DNA of 44,464 nucleotides from a virus (IMGVR_UViG_2571042862_000006:1-44464); one strand, 5' to 3'. Shown: positions 9,806-22,344, counted from the first letter of the stretch. Made by a program: numbers and translations. Notes: generated from the sequence alone by a model not told the origin.

Positions 9806-10755
9806 TGCTCCGCGATTATCTTGATGGTTGTGGCAGTAAACGCCGCCCCATTTGACTGGATGGTTAACGTACTGCCATTTGTGGCAAGAAAGCCGTCTTT
9901 ATCCACGCTGAAGAACGTAGCTAACAGGATGTTATCGGTTGTTGTCGCCGAGTTGCGACTGCTTACCAGTGTGTCAGGAACAGATCCGGAAAAGGTTAGC
10001 TGCATTGACCTGTTTGCGGTTCCGCTGGGCCACGTCCCGACAATCGACAGCTTGAAGAACAGGGTTTTGTTCTCGTTGAAAACAACCATCTTGTTGTTAT
10101 CAGTATCGAAGAATGGTGCCAACGTCCCGGATGACGGCGTGAGCGTTTTCAGCAGGCTAACAAGGTTGGTCGGCGCTGTTGGAATGGTTACCGATACTCC
10201 TGAGTAAACAACCTCTGATTTCTTGCGCGTGGTGGCATACTCAAGCGCAGATATTCTTGTTGAGTGATCACCAACTGTGCTTTGTAGCGTCGAAATACTT
10301 CCCTCTGCCGCTATGAGCCTGGTATCAAGTGCGTTGATATCGGTTGTATTCTGAGTTATTCGCGCATCATGGTTTGCTAACTCAGATTCATTGGCAGCAA
10401 TTCGCGTCTCGTGATCAGCCAGCTCTGTTTCGGCAGCCGTAATCCTTGTTTCATGATCTGCAAGAGTGCTTTCCGCTGCTGAGATTCTATGTTCATGATT
10501 GATGAGAGTTGCTTCAGCAGTTTCAATTCTGGATTCATGGTCTGCAAGGGTGACATCCTGCTCATCATTCTTCACCTGTGCATCATAAGCCCCCTTCCCT
10601 GCCTCGTGGGCCTTGTTAGCCACATTACCAACATCAGTACCCTGTGCAATAACGTACAGCAGATATGACTGCGAGAAGATATTGCGTGGAAGGATTGATG
10701 TATCGAGCCGCGTAGCCTGGATTATTACCGGCTCATTGAGATTCGAATCAGCCAT
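9802..10755 (-). CDS. Tail needle (P22 gp26-like) with extended C-terminal knob-like domain
   Basis: N-terminus [43 protein letters not shown] matches the P22 gp26 N-terminus; repeated ADHETRI heptad motifs (trimeric coiled coil); start codon overlaps the gp10 stop. The ORF-track upstream extension is rejected. Confidence 0.8.
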
Positions 10756-12173
10756 TACTCGATCCTTATCTGGCAGCCAGACAGAGTGACAGGTGACTTC
10801 GTGATAACGCGCAATTTGAAGCCGACATTTTTCCTGATTCGCCCGACACGCTTCCACAAAACGCGTTTGTCGTAAACGAACGGTTCATTCTGCTCAATCA
10901 TCTGCTCACGCCCGTAATTTATGCCGTCAGTGGTTGCAGATAGGAACAGGCGGTCGGCGTACTGCGCAACGCCAGTTGACGATTCAACCTCAAGGTCGAA
11001 GCATCTGGCGTTATCCGCTTTGAACAACGGAGTAAACAGCAGGTGTTCTTGCTGTAGCCCATACTGGCTGCTGATATCGAACTGCAATTTCCCGGTCACG
11101 GACTCCAGCTTATCGCCGCACGTTATCTGATTGCCTTCGTAAATGAAGTCAATGGCGCGGTACACATCGTCATACAGGCCTGTTTTCAGTACACACCATT
11201 GCGGACCATTGGCGCTTGAAGATGCGTCGTACACGAGGACGTGGCGCGGAAGGTGGATAATCAGCAACTCATGAGCATCAAACCGCAACGATTCCATCAC
11301 GCCATCAGCCAGTTCATCAGCAGTGTAGGAACGAAGGATTTTCTCAATGCTCGCGCTGGCGATTGGTGATACCTGACCGGAGCCGATGATGTATACAGAC
11401 GGCGCACCTGTTGCCGGATTGCTGATGAACGCATAAGAATCAGCGAATGGTGTTTTGCAGTAAGTCCCGGCAATACCTTTCTGCACCATCAGCGATGGCT
11501 GTGCGACATACAAAGCGGCACCAACTGTGGTTGCCCCCGTCAGGGAGAAATATTCAATCGTCGATGAGCCAAAGCAGACGATGAAGTCTCGCCATGTTCC
11601 GATGCCGATGATGCCGTCAGGCTGCGATTCTGCGCGATATTGTGCGCTGTAACGGTCAGGATGCGATTCGTCTTCAAGGTCAGTGATAAACCATGAATCA
11701 GTACCGTCTTTTGACCACGCATAACGCCCACGTAAACGCGTAATGTCGCGAACCGAACCTAACTCATACTGAGTGAATCCGCTGTCTGTAGGCCAGTTTG
11801 AGACTGTTTTAACCGTTCCATCATAGCGATACTCGACCAGTTGACCATTAACGCCTACCGCCTGAGATGTTCGACCATGCGCCATTGATACGCGACCACT
11901 TCCGGCAACATCACCGACCTCGCTTTCGCCCTTATACAACTTGCCACCGCAAACGCGATAAACAGCATTCTGCGCCATGTTGTACTCGACACCGCGCGAT
12001 ACACCATTCACATCAGAGCGTTTGGCAATGCCAGGGAATGAGCGAAGATATCCACTGCTGTTGAGGATTTCTTTGGGGGTTGCCAGCATATTCACTGGCA
12101 GATAGTCGATATAGTCGGCGTTTCGAAAGTCTTTGCCGACACCTTTCATAAGCGGAAGTTGCTGAATCGGCAT
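10755..12173 (-). CDS. Tail hub protein (P22 gp10-like)
   Basis: 472 aa, same length as P22 gp10, in the conserved gp4-gp10-gp26 order. Confidence 0.8.
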   Translation of the reverse strand: MPIQQLPLMKGVGKDFRNADYIDYLPVNMLATPKEILNSSGYLRSFPGIAKRSDVNGVSRGVEYNMAQNAVYRVCGGKLYKGESEVGDVAGSGRVSMAHGRTSQAVGVNGQLVEYRYDGTVKTVSNWPTDSGFTQYELGSVRDITRLRGRYAWSKDGTDSWFITDLEDESHPDRYSAQYRAESQPDGIIGIGTWRDFIVCFGSSTIEYFSLTGATTVGAALYVAQPSLMVQKGIAGTYCKTPFADSYAFISNPATGAPSVYIIGSGQVSPIASASIEKILRSYTADELADGVMESLRFDAHELLIIHLPRHVLVYDASSSANGPQWCVLKTGLYDDVYRAIDFIYEGNQITCGDKLESVTGKLQFDISSQYGLQQEHLLFTPLFKADNARCFDLEVESSTGVAQYADRLFLSATTDGINYGREQMIEQNEPFVYDKRVLWKRVGRIRKNVGFKLRVITKSPVTLSGCQIRIE

Positions 12174-12650
12174 TATTCGCTCCCGTTATCGCAAGGTTCC
12201 TTTCGCTGGAAGTAATTCCAACCGTTCCACTTCGCCAACTGGTTACCACTACCAACAGGCATACGGTTTGGATAACCGGACTTACATTTAGCGGCTTTTG
12301 CTCTGTCCATTGCAGACAGTTTGACGAGTCTCTCTTTCCCGTATCTGGCAGTGGTTATAAGTTTTGCAGACGCTTCCAGCGCATAATCCGGAGCAATGCG
12401 GCAGGCAAGGTTGAAAATGACGGCATTGATAGCGTTATTTGATAAACCGTGCTCATCGCCCGGATCTGGAGCGACATCTGCATCAGCGAAAATGTAGCCA
12501 ACGTTGATACCAGGTGACACATCACCGCCAAGCCATTCAGCCATCATCATTTCAAGGTCGTTGACGCCGTCTTCCATAGACTGCGGTTCGACATCGGTTA
12601 ACGTGGCATTTGATGCCACACCGAGCTTACGTAATGCCGCAAGAACTAAA

Positions 12651-12673
<23 letters not shown>
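12173..12673 (-). CDS. Head completion / tail adaptor protein (P22 gp4-like)
   Basis: From [33 protein letters not shown] the sequence matches P22 gp4; start at 12673 has an AAGG upstream. The ORF-track N-terminal extension through the repeat (SQSQ...) is rejected. Confidence 0.8.
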
Positions 12674-12959
<286 letters not shown>

Positions 12960-12971
12960 GCTTGTCTCCAG

Positions 12972-12998
12972 ATAAAAAAGGGAGCCGAAGCTCCCTCT
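12972..12998 (-). terminator. Rho-independent terminator immediately downstream of the coat gene
   Basis: Minus-strand reading AGGGAGC-TTCG-GCTCCCT followed by TTTTTTAT, 10-30 nt after the coat stop codon. Confidence 0.55.
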
Positions 12999-13003
12999 GG
13001 TTA

Positions 13004-14299
13004 TCACGCAGTCTGGTTAGGCAGACCAACACCAATTGCCTCTGGTCGTACAGCACATGCTGAATACCACACAGCAATACGGCACTTACCAGACAGAGTG
13101 TTGATATCACCCTGCGTTGCGAAGATGCCGTTAACACCAATACCTGGAATGCTGAAGGAAGAAGTTTTCATGCCAGCAAACAGTTCATGGGTTACCGGAA
13201 TCGGCTGAGACAGCAGGCGGATTGAGTCATCAGCCCAGAACACGTTAGCGGTGGTTGTTGCCACGTTCAGAACGTTTACCGGAGTGGTATTAGCAAGAGA
13301 GGTGTTTACGTTAGCGTAAGCCTTCTCTTCTTTTGTCAGTGACGCGTCATCCAGCGCAATCGGCTTCGGCGTGATTTCGATGTGAGTACTATCGATCACT
13401 CGGGTGATTGAGAAAGTCGCATCATCAGTCAGCACGTTCTTCGCCATCTGAGACAGGAATTTCACACCAGTGAAGCTGATTTTGTCGCCGCGCTTAAATC
13501 CGGTGGTGGAGGATACGGTCACCGTTGCAACACGGTTGTCGACGTTCTCCTTGTTACCATCGGTATCAAGGGTGTATGCCTGCGGCTTAAACTTCTGCGC
13601 TCCAGACACAGTTACACCAGTAGCGGTTGACTTGGTAACTGCCGGAAGTTTCGGTGAGCGAAGAATTTCATCAAAGCCAGCAATCTGACGCTGAATAGTA
13701 CCGTTGCGATACGCTTCTTCAGGAACGCGACCGAAGATGTCACCATCTACCAGGTTGCGGCCTGCTTTGCGGTAATCGTCAGGATTCAGGAAGTAACTGA
13801 TGCCCATATCGCGGTTTAGCTCACGGGAGAACATCAGTCGCTCTGCATCAGACACAAAATCCCATCCAGACAGGCCAGTAGATGGACCAATTGCGCGGGT
13901 ATCGTGAACAACAAGCGAGCCCATTTCAGTTGCCTGTTTGGCAATTGCTGACTCAATGTTATTCGCCAGTTTTTTGGCGGATGCCTGGATGCGGCGACGG
14001 TAAGAACGCTCATCACGCAGGTCATCTGCACGAAGCTCGAAGAAATCGTTATCCGGATCGCCCATGTTGCATTTCACGGAGAGTTCCAGAATCCCGGTTG
14101 CGTTGTCAGTTAAATCCCAGCCAGTCTGGGTTGGCGCTTCCTGCTCAACAGGCATCCACACGGTGTTGCTTGAACGCTGCATTGATTCTGCCGGAGGGGT
14201 GTATTTTGTCACTTTGGACGCCATTGGCGTCAGGTTCTGGACGGTTTCGATGATTTCATCCAGAGCATATGTGACCAGTTGACCTTCATTTAATGCCAT
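13004..14299 (-). CDS. Major capsid (coat) protein, P22 gp5-like
   Basis: 431 aa; N-terminus [10 protein letters not shown]...EIIET and C-terminus ...[13 protein letters not shown] match the P22 coat protein. Confidence 0.9.
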   Translation of the reverse strand: MALNEGQLVTYALDEIIETVQNLTPMASKVTKYTPPAESMQRSSNTVWMPVEQEAPTQTGWDLTDNATGILELSVKCNMGDPDNDFFELRADDLRDERSYRRRIQASAKKLANNIESAIAKQATEMGSLVVHDTRAIGPSTGLSGWDFVSDAERLMFSRELNRDMGISYFLNPDDYRKAGRNLVDGDIFGRVPEEAYRNGTIQRQIAGFDEILRSPKLPAVTKSTATGVTVSGAQKFKPQAYTLDTDGNKENVDNRVATVTVSSTTGFKRGDKISFTGVKFLSQMAKNVLTDDATFSITRVIDSTHIEITPKPIALDDASLTKEEKAYANVNTSLANTTPVNVLNVATTTANVFWADDSIRLLSQPIPVTHELFAGMKTSSFSIPGIGVNGIFATQGDINTLSGKCRIAVWYSACAVRPEAIGVGLPNQTA

Positions 14300-15210
14300 T
14301 ATCGAATTCCTTTATTCAGTTGCGCCTTAAGCTTGCGGTACGTCTCTACATCCCCTTTGTTTGCTGCCGCTTCCATCTGCTTTTCAATCGCAGAGATATT
14401 TGCAGCAACAGCGTGTCCCTGAATGGGTTCATCAGGTAACGGGGCTTCTGAAACAGGCTTTGCTCGAGGCTTGAGAGTTAAACGTTCTGACAGTCGAGTG
14501 AGTTCAATCAGCGCGGATTGCCCGTCCATCGCCAGCAACTGGCGTGTTTTCTCAGGATTAGCACCAAGGTGATACATGAGAGCAGCGGATTTCTCCGGGA
14601 AGAGGCGCATGATGTCGGCACCGACTGCTGGCGGCACCAGTTGCATGAATGCATCCTCTTTCTCCTGATAGTCAGGGATATTGAGCTTTTCCGCTGCGTC
14701 GTAGTGCTTACGGGCTGCCTCGACGTATTGCGCTGATTGCTGGGTGAACTCCTGAGTTTTGCGACCCTGCTCGGCGACAGCCTGGCTTCGTGCGTCCATA
14801 GCCTTGATCTGCCATTCACTGTTTGCCTGCTGGAAGGCAGCCAGTGCGCGGCTCTGGTCATAGTCGTACTTAGCCAGTGCATCTTCGGAAAGATAATCGT
14901 TAGGGTCTGGTTGTTTTGGTAACTCAGGGTTCACCCGCAGGTGCTCCGGCAACTCTCCACGCTTAACCGCTTCCATCTGCTGCTCAAGCTCACGCTGGCG
15001 TTTGCGTTCGATGCGGCGACGGGCAAATTCAGCATTAGTTGCCGGGTCTTGTTTTGGTTTCTCATCGTCTTTCAGGACAATCTCAAAGCCTTCTTCCTGA
15101 CCTGCACTGTCGTTGGCATTATCGACAACTAAGCCATCAGCAGATGCCGCTGCATGATTGCCGGGCAGGGTTAATTCTTCAGAAGCCTGAATGTCGGTGG
15201 TTTGGTCCAT
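14299..15210 (-). CDS. Scaffolding protein, P22 gp8-like
   Basis: 303 aa, same length as P22 gp8; conserved blocks [30 protein letters not shown] and [11 protein letters not shown]. Confidence 0.9.
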   Translation of the reverse strand: MDQTTDIQASEELTLPGNHAAASADGLVVDNANDSAGQEEGFEIVLKDDEKPKQDPATNAEFARRRIERKRQRELEQQMEAVKRGELPEHLRVNPELPKQPDPNDYLSEDALAKYDYDQSRALAAFQQANSEWQIKAMDARSQAVAEQGRKTQEFTQQSAQYVEAARKHYDAAEKLNIPDYQEKEDAFMQLVPPAVGADIMRLFPEKSAALMYHLGANPEKTRQLLAMDGQSALIELTRLSERLTLKPRAKPVSEAPLPDEPIQGHAVAANISAIEKQMEAAANKGDVETYRKLKAQLNKGIR

Positions 15211-15223
15211 GGTTAACTCTCTC

Positions 15224-17389
15224 TTATTGAGGTGTCTCGGCTACTCCGCCGGAGGGGATTTGAACTTGACGCATAAGATTCGCGAAATCCATGCGTTGTG
15301 AATGAGTCTGGTCTGCATCTTTAAGAAGCAGCTCAGCGTTAGCACGAGCATCTTTGCTGCGCTGTTGCTGGAATTGACCTACGAGCTTGAGGTACTCACG
15401 CAGTTCTGCCTGCTTGTCGAGGTCCATATTGTTGAAGATTTCTGCAATCTTCGCGGCGTTGAGTTGGTTTTGGGCTTCAACCTTGGCGGCTTCAACCTGA
15501 ATCTGCGCCTGTTGGTTCTCTGCCTTGAGCAATTCAGCCTGACCTTGCAGAAGGATACCCTGCGCCTGAATTTGCTCTGCTGATGGCTGCTGCGGCTGCT
15601 GTTGAGCCTGCTGTACCATCTCCATCTCTTCAGGTGTTTCTGGTTTCTTCAGCCCCATCATCACCAGTTGCTTGTTCGCGTACTCTCGCATCATCTCGAC
15701 GCCTTTACCGTCAAGCAGCGTGAAGTATTGCAGCATCAGCATCTGGAACTCTGGAGTACCTTGCGGAACCTTGGTGAGCAACTCCTGAATCTCTGCGCGG
15801 TTCTGTTCCTTCATACTCTGGAAGGATGGTCCAACGTCTGTATAGCACTCATAGCGACCGCGAATGTCGTTGAGTGTGACCACATTGCCGGACTGGTAAT
15901 CGACAACTTGCGCGTAGAGTTGAACGTCTTTCTCGCTACCATCTTCAAGTGTCAGCGTTACATGACGAGGAACGTCATAAATATCGTTGACCATTGAGGC
16001 ATAAATCTCGCCATCACGTCGCATTGCGGTAGCCAGGTTATCCTGAAACACGTATGTCTCAAGGTCTGCCCGCATGTTCAGTTGATTGACGGTATCGAAA
16101 GCGACCTGACCATTTGCCGCCTGCGCATCCACGCCAATACTAGCCACCTCTTTCACTGAGTTGGTGGCTGCCTCAAGCATGTAGGCATTAGCTTGCGGCA
16201 CTTCAGGGTTTTCCATGTAGGAGATTGGACCAATCGGCAGGTCGTTACCGTTTTCATCGGTCCTGTTCTGCAGGTAGTACGGATAGTCTTCATTCCCACC
16301 GTACATGTATTCGTAGCCTTCGATCTGCTCAGGGAAGAAGGTCGGTTTCTTCTTCGGTGAACGACCAACAATATCGGCGTTGAATGACATGATCATGTTA
16401 CGAAGGCGTTGACCGTCTTTCGTCAGCCTTACCACTCCTTCGTAGCACTCCTTGTCACCAGCGAATGACCATTCACCATACACTGGAACGATTGGAATAT
16501 GCTCTCCGGCTATCTTCTCGCGGTCTTTCAGTATCTGCGTGCAGGTGATGATCGACTTATACACACTCCGACGCTTCACCTTGCGCTCTGCTACCTTAAT
16601 GAATCCACGATTAGCCAGGTCGTCGATGACGTCTTTGATATCCTGCTGGTAATAGCTGACCGGCTCACCTGTCAGCGGGTCGCGGTAGATGAAGACTTTC
16701 TCTTTCTTCTCTTCTACCTCGTAATACTCAGCTACGTAGACGACATCATTCGATACCCACGGAAACAGCCATGTGTCGTTCGGATTCTGGAAAGATGGCA
16801 GCGTGTCAGGATCAATACCGTAATCCTCTGCGAACTCTTTCCAGCCATTGCGTGACAAGGCGTTAATCACCGTGCAGTGCTTAGCGTCGCTCTTATCCAT
16901 CTGCTTGCTGTTGGCGTCCCATATGACGTGTGAGCAGGCCTCATGGATTGGCAGGCGTCGGATTACCTGATTGTTGCTTGTTGGGTCGTTGTCTTCGTAC
17001 TGTGTGACCAGACGCCATGCACCAACGCCGGACTCTATCTGCTCACGAACGCCAACGTTAACGGCAATCTTTGCCGTGTTATGGCGCATATCAGTACGAT
17101 ACATCCCCATCAGCACATCGGCTGCATCAGGATTAGCGCCGTCTTTGGGTCGGAAGAGAACGTCGATAGGGTTCCGGCGCATCTCTGCGACCAGTTTCCT
17201 GACCACTGGGCGAACAACATCGAATTGTCCGCGATATTGCAGGGTGGTGTAGTTTGATAGCCAGTCATCCCATTGCGACACTCGGCTAAAAAACAGGTCA
17301 TTTGTCGCCTCGGTTCTGGCTTCATCGCTCGCCATCCAGTCTGCGTCAAACTTACACAGAATGGAATTGAGTCTGTTTTCGTCGGCCAT
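15224..17389 (-). CDS. Portal protein, P22 gp1-like
   Basis: 721 aa; long stretches match the P22 portal ([27 protein letters not shown], ...GGVAETPQ C-terminus). Confidence 0.95.
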   Translation of the reverse strand: MADENRLNSILCKFDADWMASDEARTEATNDLFFSRVSQWDDWLSNYTTLQYRGQFDVVRPVVRKLVAEMRRNPIDVLFRPKDGANPDAADVLMGMYRTDMRHNTAKIAVNVGVREQIESGVGAWRLVTQYEDNDPTSNNQVIRRLPIHEACSHVIWDANSKQMDKSDAKHCTVINALSRNGWKEFAEDYGIDPDTLPSFQNPNDTWLFPWVSNDVVYVAEYYEVEEKKEKVFIYRDPLTGEPVSYYQQDIKDVIDDLANRGFIKVAERKVKRRSVYKSIITCTQILKDREKIAGEHIPIVPVYGEWSFAGDKECYEGVVRLTKDGQRLRNMIMSFNADIVGRSPKKKPTFFPEQIEGYEYMYGGNEDYPYYLQNRTDENGNDLPIGPISYMENPEVPQANAYMLEAATNSVKEVASIGVDAQAANGQVAFDTVNQLNMRADLETYVFQDNLATAMRRDGEIYASMVNDIYDVPRHVTLTLEDGSEKDVQLYAQVVDYQSGNVVTLNDIRGRYECYTDVGPSFQSMKEQNRAEIQELLTKVPQGTPEFQMLMLQYFTLLDGKGVEMMREYANKQLVMMGLKKPETPEEMEMVQQAQQQPQQPSAEQIQAQGILLQGQAELLKAENQQAQIQVEAAKVEAQNQLNAAKIAEIFNNMDLDKQAELREYLKLVGQFQQQRSKDARANAELLLKDADQTHSQRMDFANLMRQVQIPSGGVAETPQ

Positions 17390-18889
17390 TTAAGTTCTCC
17401 GTGCGATGGGCCTGATTGGGGCTGGTATCTTTTTCTCTTTTGGTTTTTTGATGTCGCGCATCATTTTTGCGAAGCGGCGCATCATGTATGCATAGCGAAC
17501 GGCTGAGAGAACGTCATCGTTAAGCTTGACGATCTTCCCGTTTTCATCACGGTGATAGAGGCGGAACTCCTCAAAGAATGGCTCACAGGTGTTGAATACT
17601 TTGAAGCGACCATCAAGCATCATGTCGCGCAATTCAGTGATTCCAGGCTCAACAGCATTACCGCCATCAGGCCATGTCGCATGATCCTGCAACATCATAA
17701 ATCCAGCGTCTGCATACTGCCCTTTGAGCTGCTCACCGCCGCCCTTCTCGTGCTGGTTTCCGTCATGAGGCCATGCGGTTGGCACTTTATGCGCCCATGA
17801 TTTAACGGCTCCCCATGCCTGAACGGCTGTTTTTTCTTTCGCCTTCCACACGCGTGAAACGTAGATTGTGTCTGCGTCCTTATCCCACCAAAGCTGAACC
17901 TGCGCCTGCGGGTGATCCCATCCGAAATCCATCCCGCCAATTACGTAGAAGTGATCAGGACACTCGAACGGCTGACACTTAATCGTCTCTTCCGGTATCT
18001 GGAATATTCGCCCGCTACCCATCGTAGGAATACCGCGAGCACGCGCCTCTCTCTCATGCTCAGGATAGGATGCGATGATTTGCTCTTTCTGCTCGTCGGT
18101 GTAGTGCTCTGCGTCATAGATGGTCATGTTGACCACTTTCTGAGACTTGCTGGGATTCTTCAGGAACTTGGTAACAACGTCAGACATCCCCATCAGCGGG
18201 GTAAACGTCAGAATTGAGAATTGCCCGTATTTGTTGGTACGGGTAAGACCTTCGCCATAAATGCTGTATGGTGGTTCTTCGTCAAACCAAACGCCGTGGA
18301 TTGTGTCACCCTGCCAGCGAGCACGGCCTTGCGAGTATGGCTTGAAGTAGCAGATTGAAATGCCATCTTCAACGCCATCAGCCGTGTGATGCTTAACCAG
18401 AAGATGATCAACAAGGTTCGGAAAGAAAGGAGACTTCTTCCAGCTAATGATGTCCTCTTTCGGTATTGAACCGTAGCCCGGTTCATCATTCTCTTCAATA
18501 CGACCGCACAGGATGCGTTGAGTCGTTTTGGTTACCGTCTCGTTTGTCTCGCCGCCAATCCAGAAGACAACAGGCTCATAGAAACGCTTACCTTTCCACT
18601 CACCGCCATATTTACCATCAGCAGGATAGCCTTTTGTGCCCGGATAACGCCCTGTAAGGTGAAACGCGACTTCAGCAGCACCAGTAAATGACTTACCAAG
18701 CTGGTTACCAGCCATAAAACATCGCTCTGGATAGTCATGCCCGGCGTCGATGAACTCACGCTGTTTGCTGTATGGCGTAAATTCATATAGCAGGTGTGTG
18801 TTACGGTAGTTCTCTTCTTCTTCGAGTAGCTCGAGCAATTCGATTTGCTCTTCGTCGCTCAGGTTATCAAGAATCGCGTCCAGTTCCAC
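17390..18889 (-). CDS. Terminase large subunit, P22 gp2-like
   Basis: 499 aa; N-terminus [37 protein letters not shown] matches P22 TerL. Confidence 0.95.
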   Translation of the reverse strand: MELDAILDNLSDEEQIELLELLEEEENYRNTHLLYEFTPYSKQREFIDAGHDYPERCFMAGNQLGKSFTGAAEVAFHLTGRYPGTKGYPADGKYGGEWKGKRFYEPVVFWIGGETNETVTKTTQRILCGRIEENDEPGYGSIPKEDIISWKKSPFFPNLVDHLLVKHHTADGVEDGISICYFKPYSQGRARWQGDTIHGVWFDEEPPYSIYGEGLTRTNKYGQFSILTFTPLMGMSDVVTKFLKNPSKSQKVVNMTIYDAEHYTDEQKEQIIASYPEHEREARARGIPTMGSGRIFQIPEETIKCQPFECPDHFYVIGGMDFGWDHPQAQVQLWWDKDADTIYVSRVWKAKEKTAVQAWGAVKSWAHKVPTAWPHDGNQHEKGGGEQLKGQYADAGFMMLQDHATWPDGGNAVEPGITELRDMMLDGRFKVFNTCEPFFEEFRLYHRDENGKIVKLNDDVLSAVRYAYMMRRFAKMMRDIKKPKEKKIPAPIRPIARRT

Positions 18890-19361
18890 GGTTGAATAGC
18901 TCCTTGATACGAGAGCGTCGCTTATCGCGATCTCCCTTATCAGGTGTCACGTCTTCAACTTGCGACTGCTCTTTGAGGCCCAAATCACGGGCGATGATGT
19001 TAGCGTTGAGAAGGTCAGCGGCTGCGCCAGAGAATTTCTGGTCGTAGATGATGTCTTCCGCTCGTGATGTGACGTCAGAAAAACCTTCCATTGACCGGAA
19101 GGTCCCCCATGTTTGCCTGGTGATATCAAGGAAGGTACACAATCCTGAAATAGTCATGGCTCGCATCTTAGGGACATTAGCCTTAATTATTTCTCCCTGA
19201 TATGAAAATACCTTACCCTCCCATAGCGGGTTATCATCAGCCCACTCGAAGTATTCACAACAAGCAGCCCACAGCGCCTCAGGCGATTCGAATTTAGGGT
19301 TTCGCCCATGACTACTGCGGGCCTCCCAAAATCGGTTGCCCTTTGGTGCTGCCATATTCAT
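18867..19361 (-). CDS. Terminase small subunit, P22 gp3-like
   Basis: [38 protein letters not shown] and the ...[22 protein letters not shown]-terminus match P22 gp3; true start may be two codons in. Confidence 0.85.
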   Translation of the reverse strand: MNMAAPKGNRFWEARSSHGRNPKFESPEALWAACCEYFEWADDNPLWEGKVFSYQGEIIKANVPKMRAMTISGLCTFLDITRQTWGTFRSMEGFSDVTSRAEDIIYDQKFSGAAADLLNANIIARDLGLKEQSQVEDVTPDKGDRDKRRSRIKELFNRGTGRDS

Positions 19362-19390
19362 CTCACTTAGTTGTTATTTCAGGTTGAGCA

Positions 19391-19633
19391 TCATGCTCCG
19401 GTAGTGAACAGGTCTAACGCTTCCTTAGATTTACGCACCGCTTCGAATGTGCGGATCGTGATATCCGAATTAGCGCCGCCTGACTGGAAGTGAATTTTGA
19501 ATAGCTCAAGCTTCAGTTCGTCAGTGCCAATGAACTGAAATGCTTCCTCTGCGGCTGCGTTCTGGTTCATGACCAGTTTGTAAATCTCTAACTGGAATTT
19601 CTGTTCTTCAGTCATGGGAATAATCTCTGCCAT
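19391..19633 (-). CDS. Hypothetical protein, 80 aa, upstream of the terminase genes
   Basis: ORF with a plausible start; occupies the position of the small P22 ORF preceding gene 3. Confidence 0.45.
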   Translation of the reverse strand: MAEIIPMTEEQKFQLEIYKLVMNQNAAAEEAFQFIGTDELKLELFKIHFQSGGANSDITIRTFEAVRKSKEALDLFTTGA

Positions 19634-19736
19634 TGTTGGCTCCGTTTATCCGTTAAAAGGGATATTAGTTAAGTTATCCCGTGTAGGGTATAAGCAATTA
19701 TCAAAGCCACTCTGTAGGGAATGGCTTTTGTAATAA

Positions 19737-20117
19737 CTACTGTTCGCTTAGCTTCTGCTTCAGCAAGTAACCTTCGAGCATCCAGATTTTGTTTACAGCA
19801 TTTTGCCGGGCAATCTTCCGACCAATTTCTGCATCAAAGTTTTCCGGGCTTGCGCAGGCACTCTCTCCGGTGACGGTGAAGCCATTCTTCAGCACCAGTA
19901 CGCAGAAAGTGAGCAACTTCAATGGTGATAAATCACGATCGCCTTCTTCTGGTTTTTCCCTGCCACAATATTCGTTGCTGGAAATGGCACCATTACGTCC
20001 ATCATAAGCAGTAAAGTAATGCTCGCTTTTAATCACGTCTTCGATGTGCTGCGGAGTGATTCTCGGAGCGGTTTTGCCTTTCTCAACGATTTCTTTTTCG
20101 ATTTGCTGGTCGTTCAT
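19737..20117 (-). CDS. Hypothetical phage protein, 126 aa
   Basis: Uninterrupted ORF in phage-typical composition; no family recognised. Confidence 0.45.
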   Translation of the reverse strand: MNDQQIEKEIVEKGKTAPRITPQHIEDVIKSEHYFTAYDGRNGAISSNEYCGREKPEEGDRDLSPLKLLTFCVLVLKNGFTVTGESACASPENFDAEIGRKIARQNAVNKIWMLEGYLLKQKLSEQ

Positions 20118-20296
20118 AATTATGACCCTGTGGAGTGGTTGCTTGATTAGGATGTCTTTCCATCAGTCCGCCACCACAAAGAATCTTTTTTTGCCATAAG
20201 GCAGGAGGTTCATCTTTCAGTGGCTGCCAGTGTTATTTCCCCACTTACTGGCTTGGGTTGCTTCGTGGTACTGCTGTTAATTAGTGAGTCCGGGGA

Positions 20297-20782
20297 TTAT
20301 TTCAGTTCGTTACCAGGCATTTCTTTTAGCTCTTTCAAATGACAACGATTGAGGCTAAACCACTCCCCGTGCGACCTATAGTTGTAATATTTTTGGTGCA
20401 ATTTGGTTTCAAGCTCTCTATCGGCAGGAATCTTTGCAATTAGATTTAGCTTCCCACCACTCATGCGAGATATCTCTGAAATTCGTTTATTAACCCTGCG
20501 ACTAAACCCTATTTTTGTTAGCCCACTATCTTCAGCATGCAGAACGTACACATATGATTTTTGCGAAGCACTGGGTGCGACTTTGTTGTAATTAATCATG
20601 TCAAACATAAAGCCTTGCTTTAGCAAAGTTTCAAAAAAGATAGAATTAACACACCCATTCCTTCTCAACTCTGCACTTAGCTTGTCAATTTCCTCTATGA
20701 TGTCGCCAGACCCCTTTCCACTTATAAGAAAATCTTGGTACATGCGACCAATTCTTGAGGTAATTTCAACAAAGTTATTCAT
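20297..20782 (-). CDS. T5orf172-domain (GIY-YIG-like) protein
   Basis: Motif block YVYVLHAEDSGLTKIGFSRRVNKRISE...ELETKLHQKYYNYRSHGEWFSL fits the T5orf172/Mug113 family consensus; AT-rich; AAGG before the ATG. Confidence 0.6.
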   Translation of the reverse strand: MNNFVEITSRIGRMYQDFLISGKGSGDIIEEIDKLSAELRRNGCVNSIFFETLLKQGFMFDMINYNKVAPSASQKSYVYVLHAEDSGLTKIGFSRRVNKRISEISRMSGGKLNLIAKIPADRELETKLHQKYYNYRSHGEWFSLNRCHLKELKEMPGNELK

Positions 20783-20926
20783 AGCGTTTACCTTTTAGAA
20801 AGATGAGCCTGTTCGCACAGAAAAGCCGTCCCCGAGATGGTCGCCACCATATACGGCAATTCTCAGGCTCAGCTTTCTGAAAGACTCGGGATTGTTACGC
20901 GCTGCGATGCGCGGTTTACTGCAGAT

Positions 20927-20953
20927 GTAAAAAAGCCCCGCAAATGCGAGGCT
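20927..20953 (-). terminator. Rho-independent terminator downstream of Rz/Rz1
   Basis: Minus-strand hairpin GCCTCGC-ATTT-GCGGGGC followed by TTTTTTAC. Confidence 0.45.
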
Positions 20954-21126
20954 AAATCCTGGTATTTGTAATGACTGGCTCTTATCTCAACGCAGACCCT
21001 TACCGCGCGCCAGATGCTCAATATCAAGCATCAGCAATGAGATGTTTAATCTGGATTCACTCCAGAAGTGATCACCACCCTGTCTACAGAGCCAGATGTG
21101 AAGGATGATGAGTAAAATTATCGCTA

Positions 21127-21564
21127 TCATCGAAGGCATTGCGTCCTGATGTACTCCTGCAGGTAGTTAACCTGCGCGGTTATCCTGTCGATTCCACTTC
21201 GGAGACGGTAATAATTGAGTTCAGCATCTGCTGTAAGTCTTGGGCTTTCTCCATCGCCCATGCTGCTGGCTCCGGTCGTTGACTTTGCACAGGTGGCGGC
21301 GACTTGCAGGCGCTTACGACCAGCAGAAACATCAGCGCGGAGACTTTCGATAGTCGCGTTAGCATCAGCAAGTTCCTTTGTATATCTGGCATCGAGTTCT
21401 GCTACATCACGTTGACGCTTCTGCATATCAGCGATGATGGATGTGGCTTTATCGCGCTGTTCTTTATAGGTAATGGCGTTATCACGGTAATGATTAACAG
21501 CCCATGACAGGCAAACGATGATGCAGATAACCAGAGCGGAGATAATCGCGGTGACTCTGCTCAT
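21127..21564 (-). CDS. Rz: i-spanin (Rz)
   Basis: 145 aa immediately after the endolysin with an N-terminal transmembrane segment and coiled-coil body; Rz1 embedded in the +1 frame. Confidence 0.85.
   Translation of the reverse strand: MSRVTAIISALVICIIVCLSWAVNHYRDNAITYKEQRDKATSIIADMQKRQRDVAELDARYTKELADANATIESLRADVSAGRKRLQVAATCAKSTTGASSMGDGESPRLTADAELNYYRLRSGIDRITAQVNYLQEYIRTQCLR
21180..21365 (-). CDS. Rz1: o-spanin lipoprotein (Rz1), embedded within Rz
   Basis: Signal peptide with lipobox (LVVSAC) followed by a Pro-rich segment; start codon choice is uncertain. Confidence 0.65.
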   Translation of the reverse strand: MLTRLSKVSALMFLLVVSACKSPPPVQSQRPEPAAWAMEKAQDLQQMLNSIITVSEVESTG

Positions 21565-22037
21565 GCCTCAATCTCTCTGACCGTTCCGCCTGCTTCTTTG
21601 AATTTTGCAATCAGGCTGTCAGCCTTATGCTCGAACTGACCATAACCAGCGCCCGGCAGTGAAGCCCAGATATTGCTGCAACGGTCGATTGCCTGACGGA
21701 TATCACCGCGATCAATCATCGGTAAAGCGCCACGCTCTTTAATCTGCTGTAGTGCAACAGCGTCCTGGCTTTTCGGAGAGAAGTCTTTCAGGCCAAGTTG
21801 CTTGCGGTAGGCATCCCACCAACGGGAAAGAAGCTGGTAACGTCCGGCTGCTGTTGATTTGAGTTTGGGGTTTAGCGTGACAAGTTTGCGAGGGTGATCG
21901 GAGTAATCAGTGAATAGCTCTCCGCCAACAATGACGTCATAACCATGATTTCTGGTTTTCTGACGTCCGTTATCAGTTCCCTCTGACCACGCCAGCATAT
22001 CGAGGAACGCCTTACGTTGATTATTGATTTCCACCAT
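21561..22037 (-). CDS. R: Endolysin, lambda R-type lytic transglycosylase
   Basis: 158 aa, essentially identical over its length to phage lambda R as remembered. Confidence 0.95.
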   Translation of the reverse strand: MVEINNQRKAFLDMLAWSEGTDNGRQKTRNHGYDVIVGGELFTDYSDHPRKLVTLNPKLKSTAAGRYQLLSRWWDAYRKQLGLKDFSPKSQDAVALQQIKERGALPMIDRGDIRQAIDRCSNIWASLPGAGYGQFEHKADSLIAKFKEAGGTVREIEA

Positions 22038-22344
22038 CTTCTACTCCGGCTTTTTTAGCAGCGAAGCGTTTGATAAGCGAACCAATCGAGTCAGTACCGA
22101 TGTAGCCGATGAACACGCTCGTTATATAAGCGAGATTGCTACTTAGTCCGGCGAAGTCGAGAAGGTCACGAATGAACCAGGCGATAATGGCGCACATCGT
22201 TGCGTCGATTACTGTTTTTGTAAACGCACCGCCATTATATCTGCCGCGAAGGTACGCCATTGCAAACGCAAGGATTGCCCCGATGCCTTGTTCCTTTGCC
22301 GCGAGAATGGCGGCTAACAGGTCATGTTTTTCTGGCATCTTCAT
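22021..22344 (-). CDS. S: Holin/antiholin, lambda S-type
   Basis: 107 aa, near-identical to lambda S including the dual-start [11 protein letters not shown]-terminus; about 250 bp upstream also matches lambda sequence. Confidence 0.95.
   Translation of the reverse strand: MKMPEKHDLLAAILAAKEQGIGAILAFAMAYLRGRYNGGAFTKTVIDATMCAIIAWFIRDLLDFAGLSSNLAYITSVFIGYIGTDSIGSLIKRFAAKKAGVEDGGNQ

Noticed and set aside
9482-10207. Numerous 60-240-aa ORFs antisense to or overlapping the structural, terminase and replication genes (for example 9482..10207, 14508..14882, 15602..15997, 16499..16855, 41727..42188)
   Set aside because: Each lies entirely within a well-supported homologous gene on the other strand or frame, with no independent translational signals or recognisable domains.
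9802-10857. ORF-track 351-aa tail needle starting 34 codons upstream, inside the gp10 gene
   Set aside because: The needle N-terminus [18 protein letters not shown] aligns with P22 gp26 from its first residue and its ATG overlaps the gp10 stop; the upstream extension lies within gp10 coding sequence.
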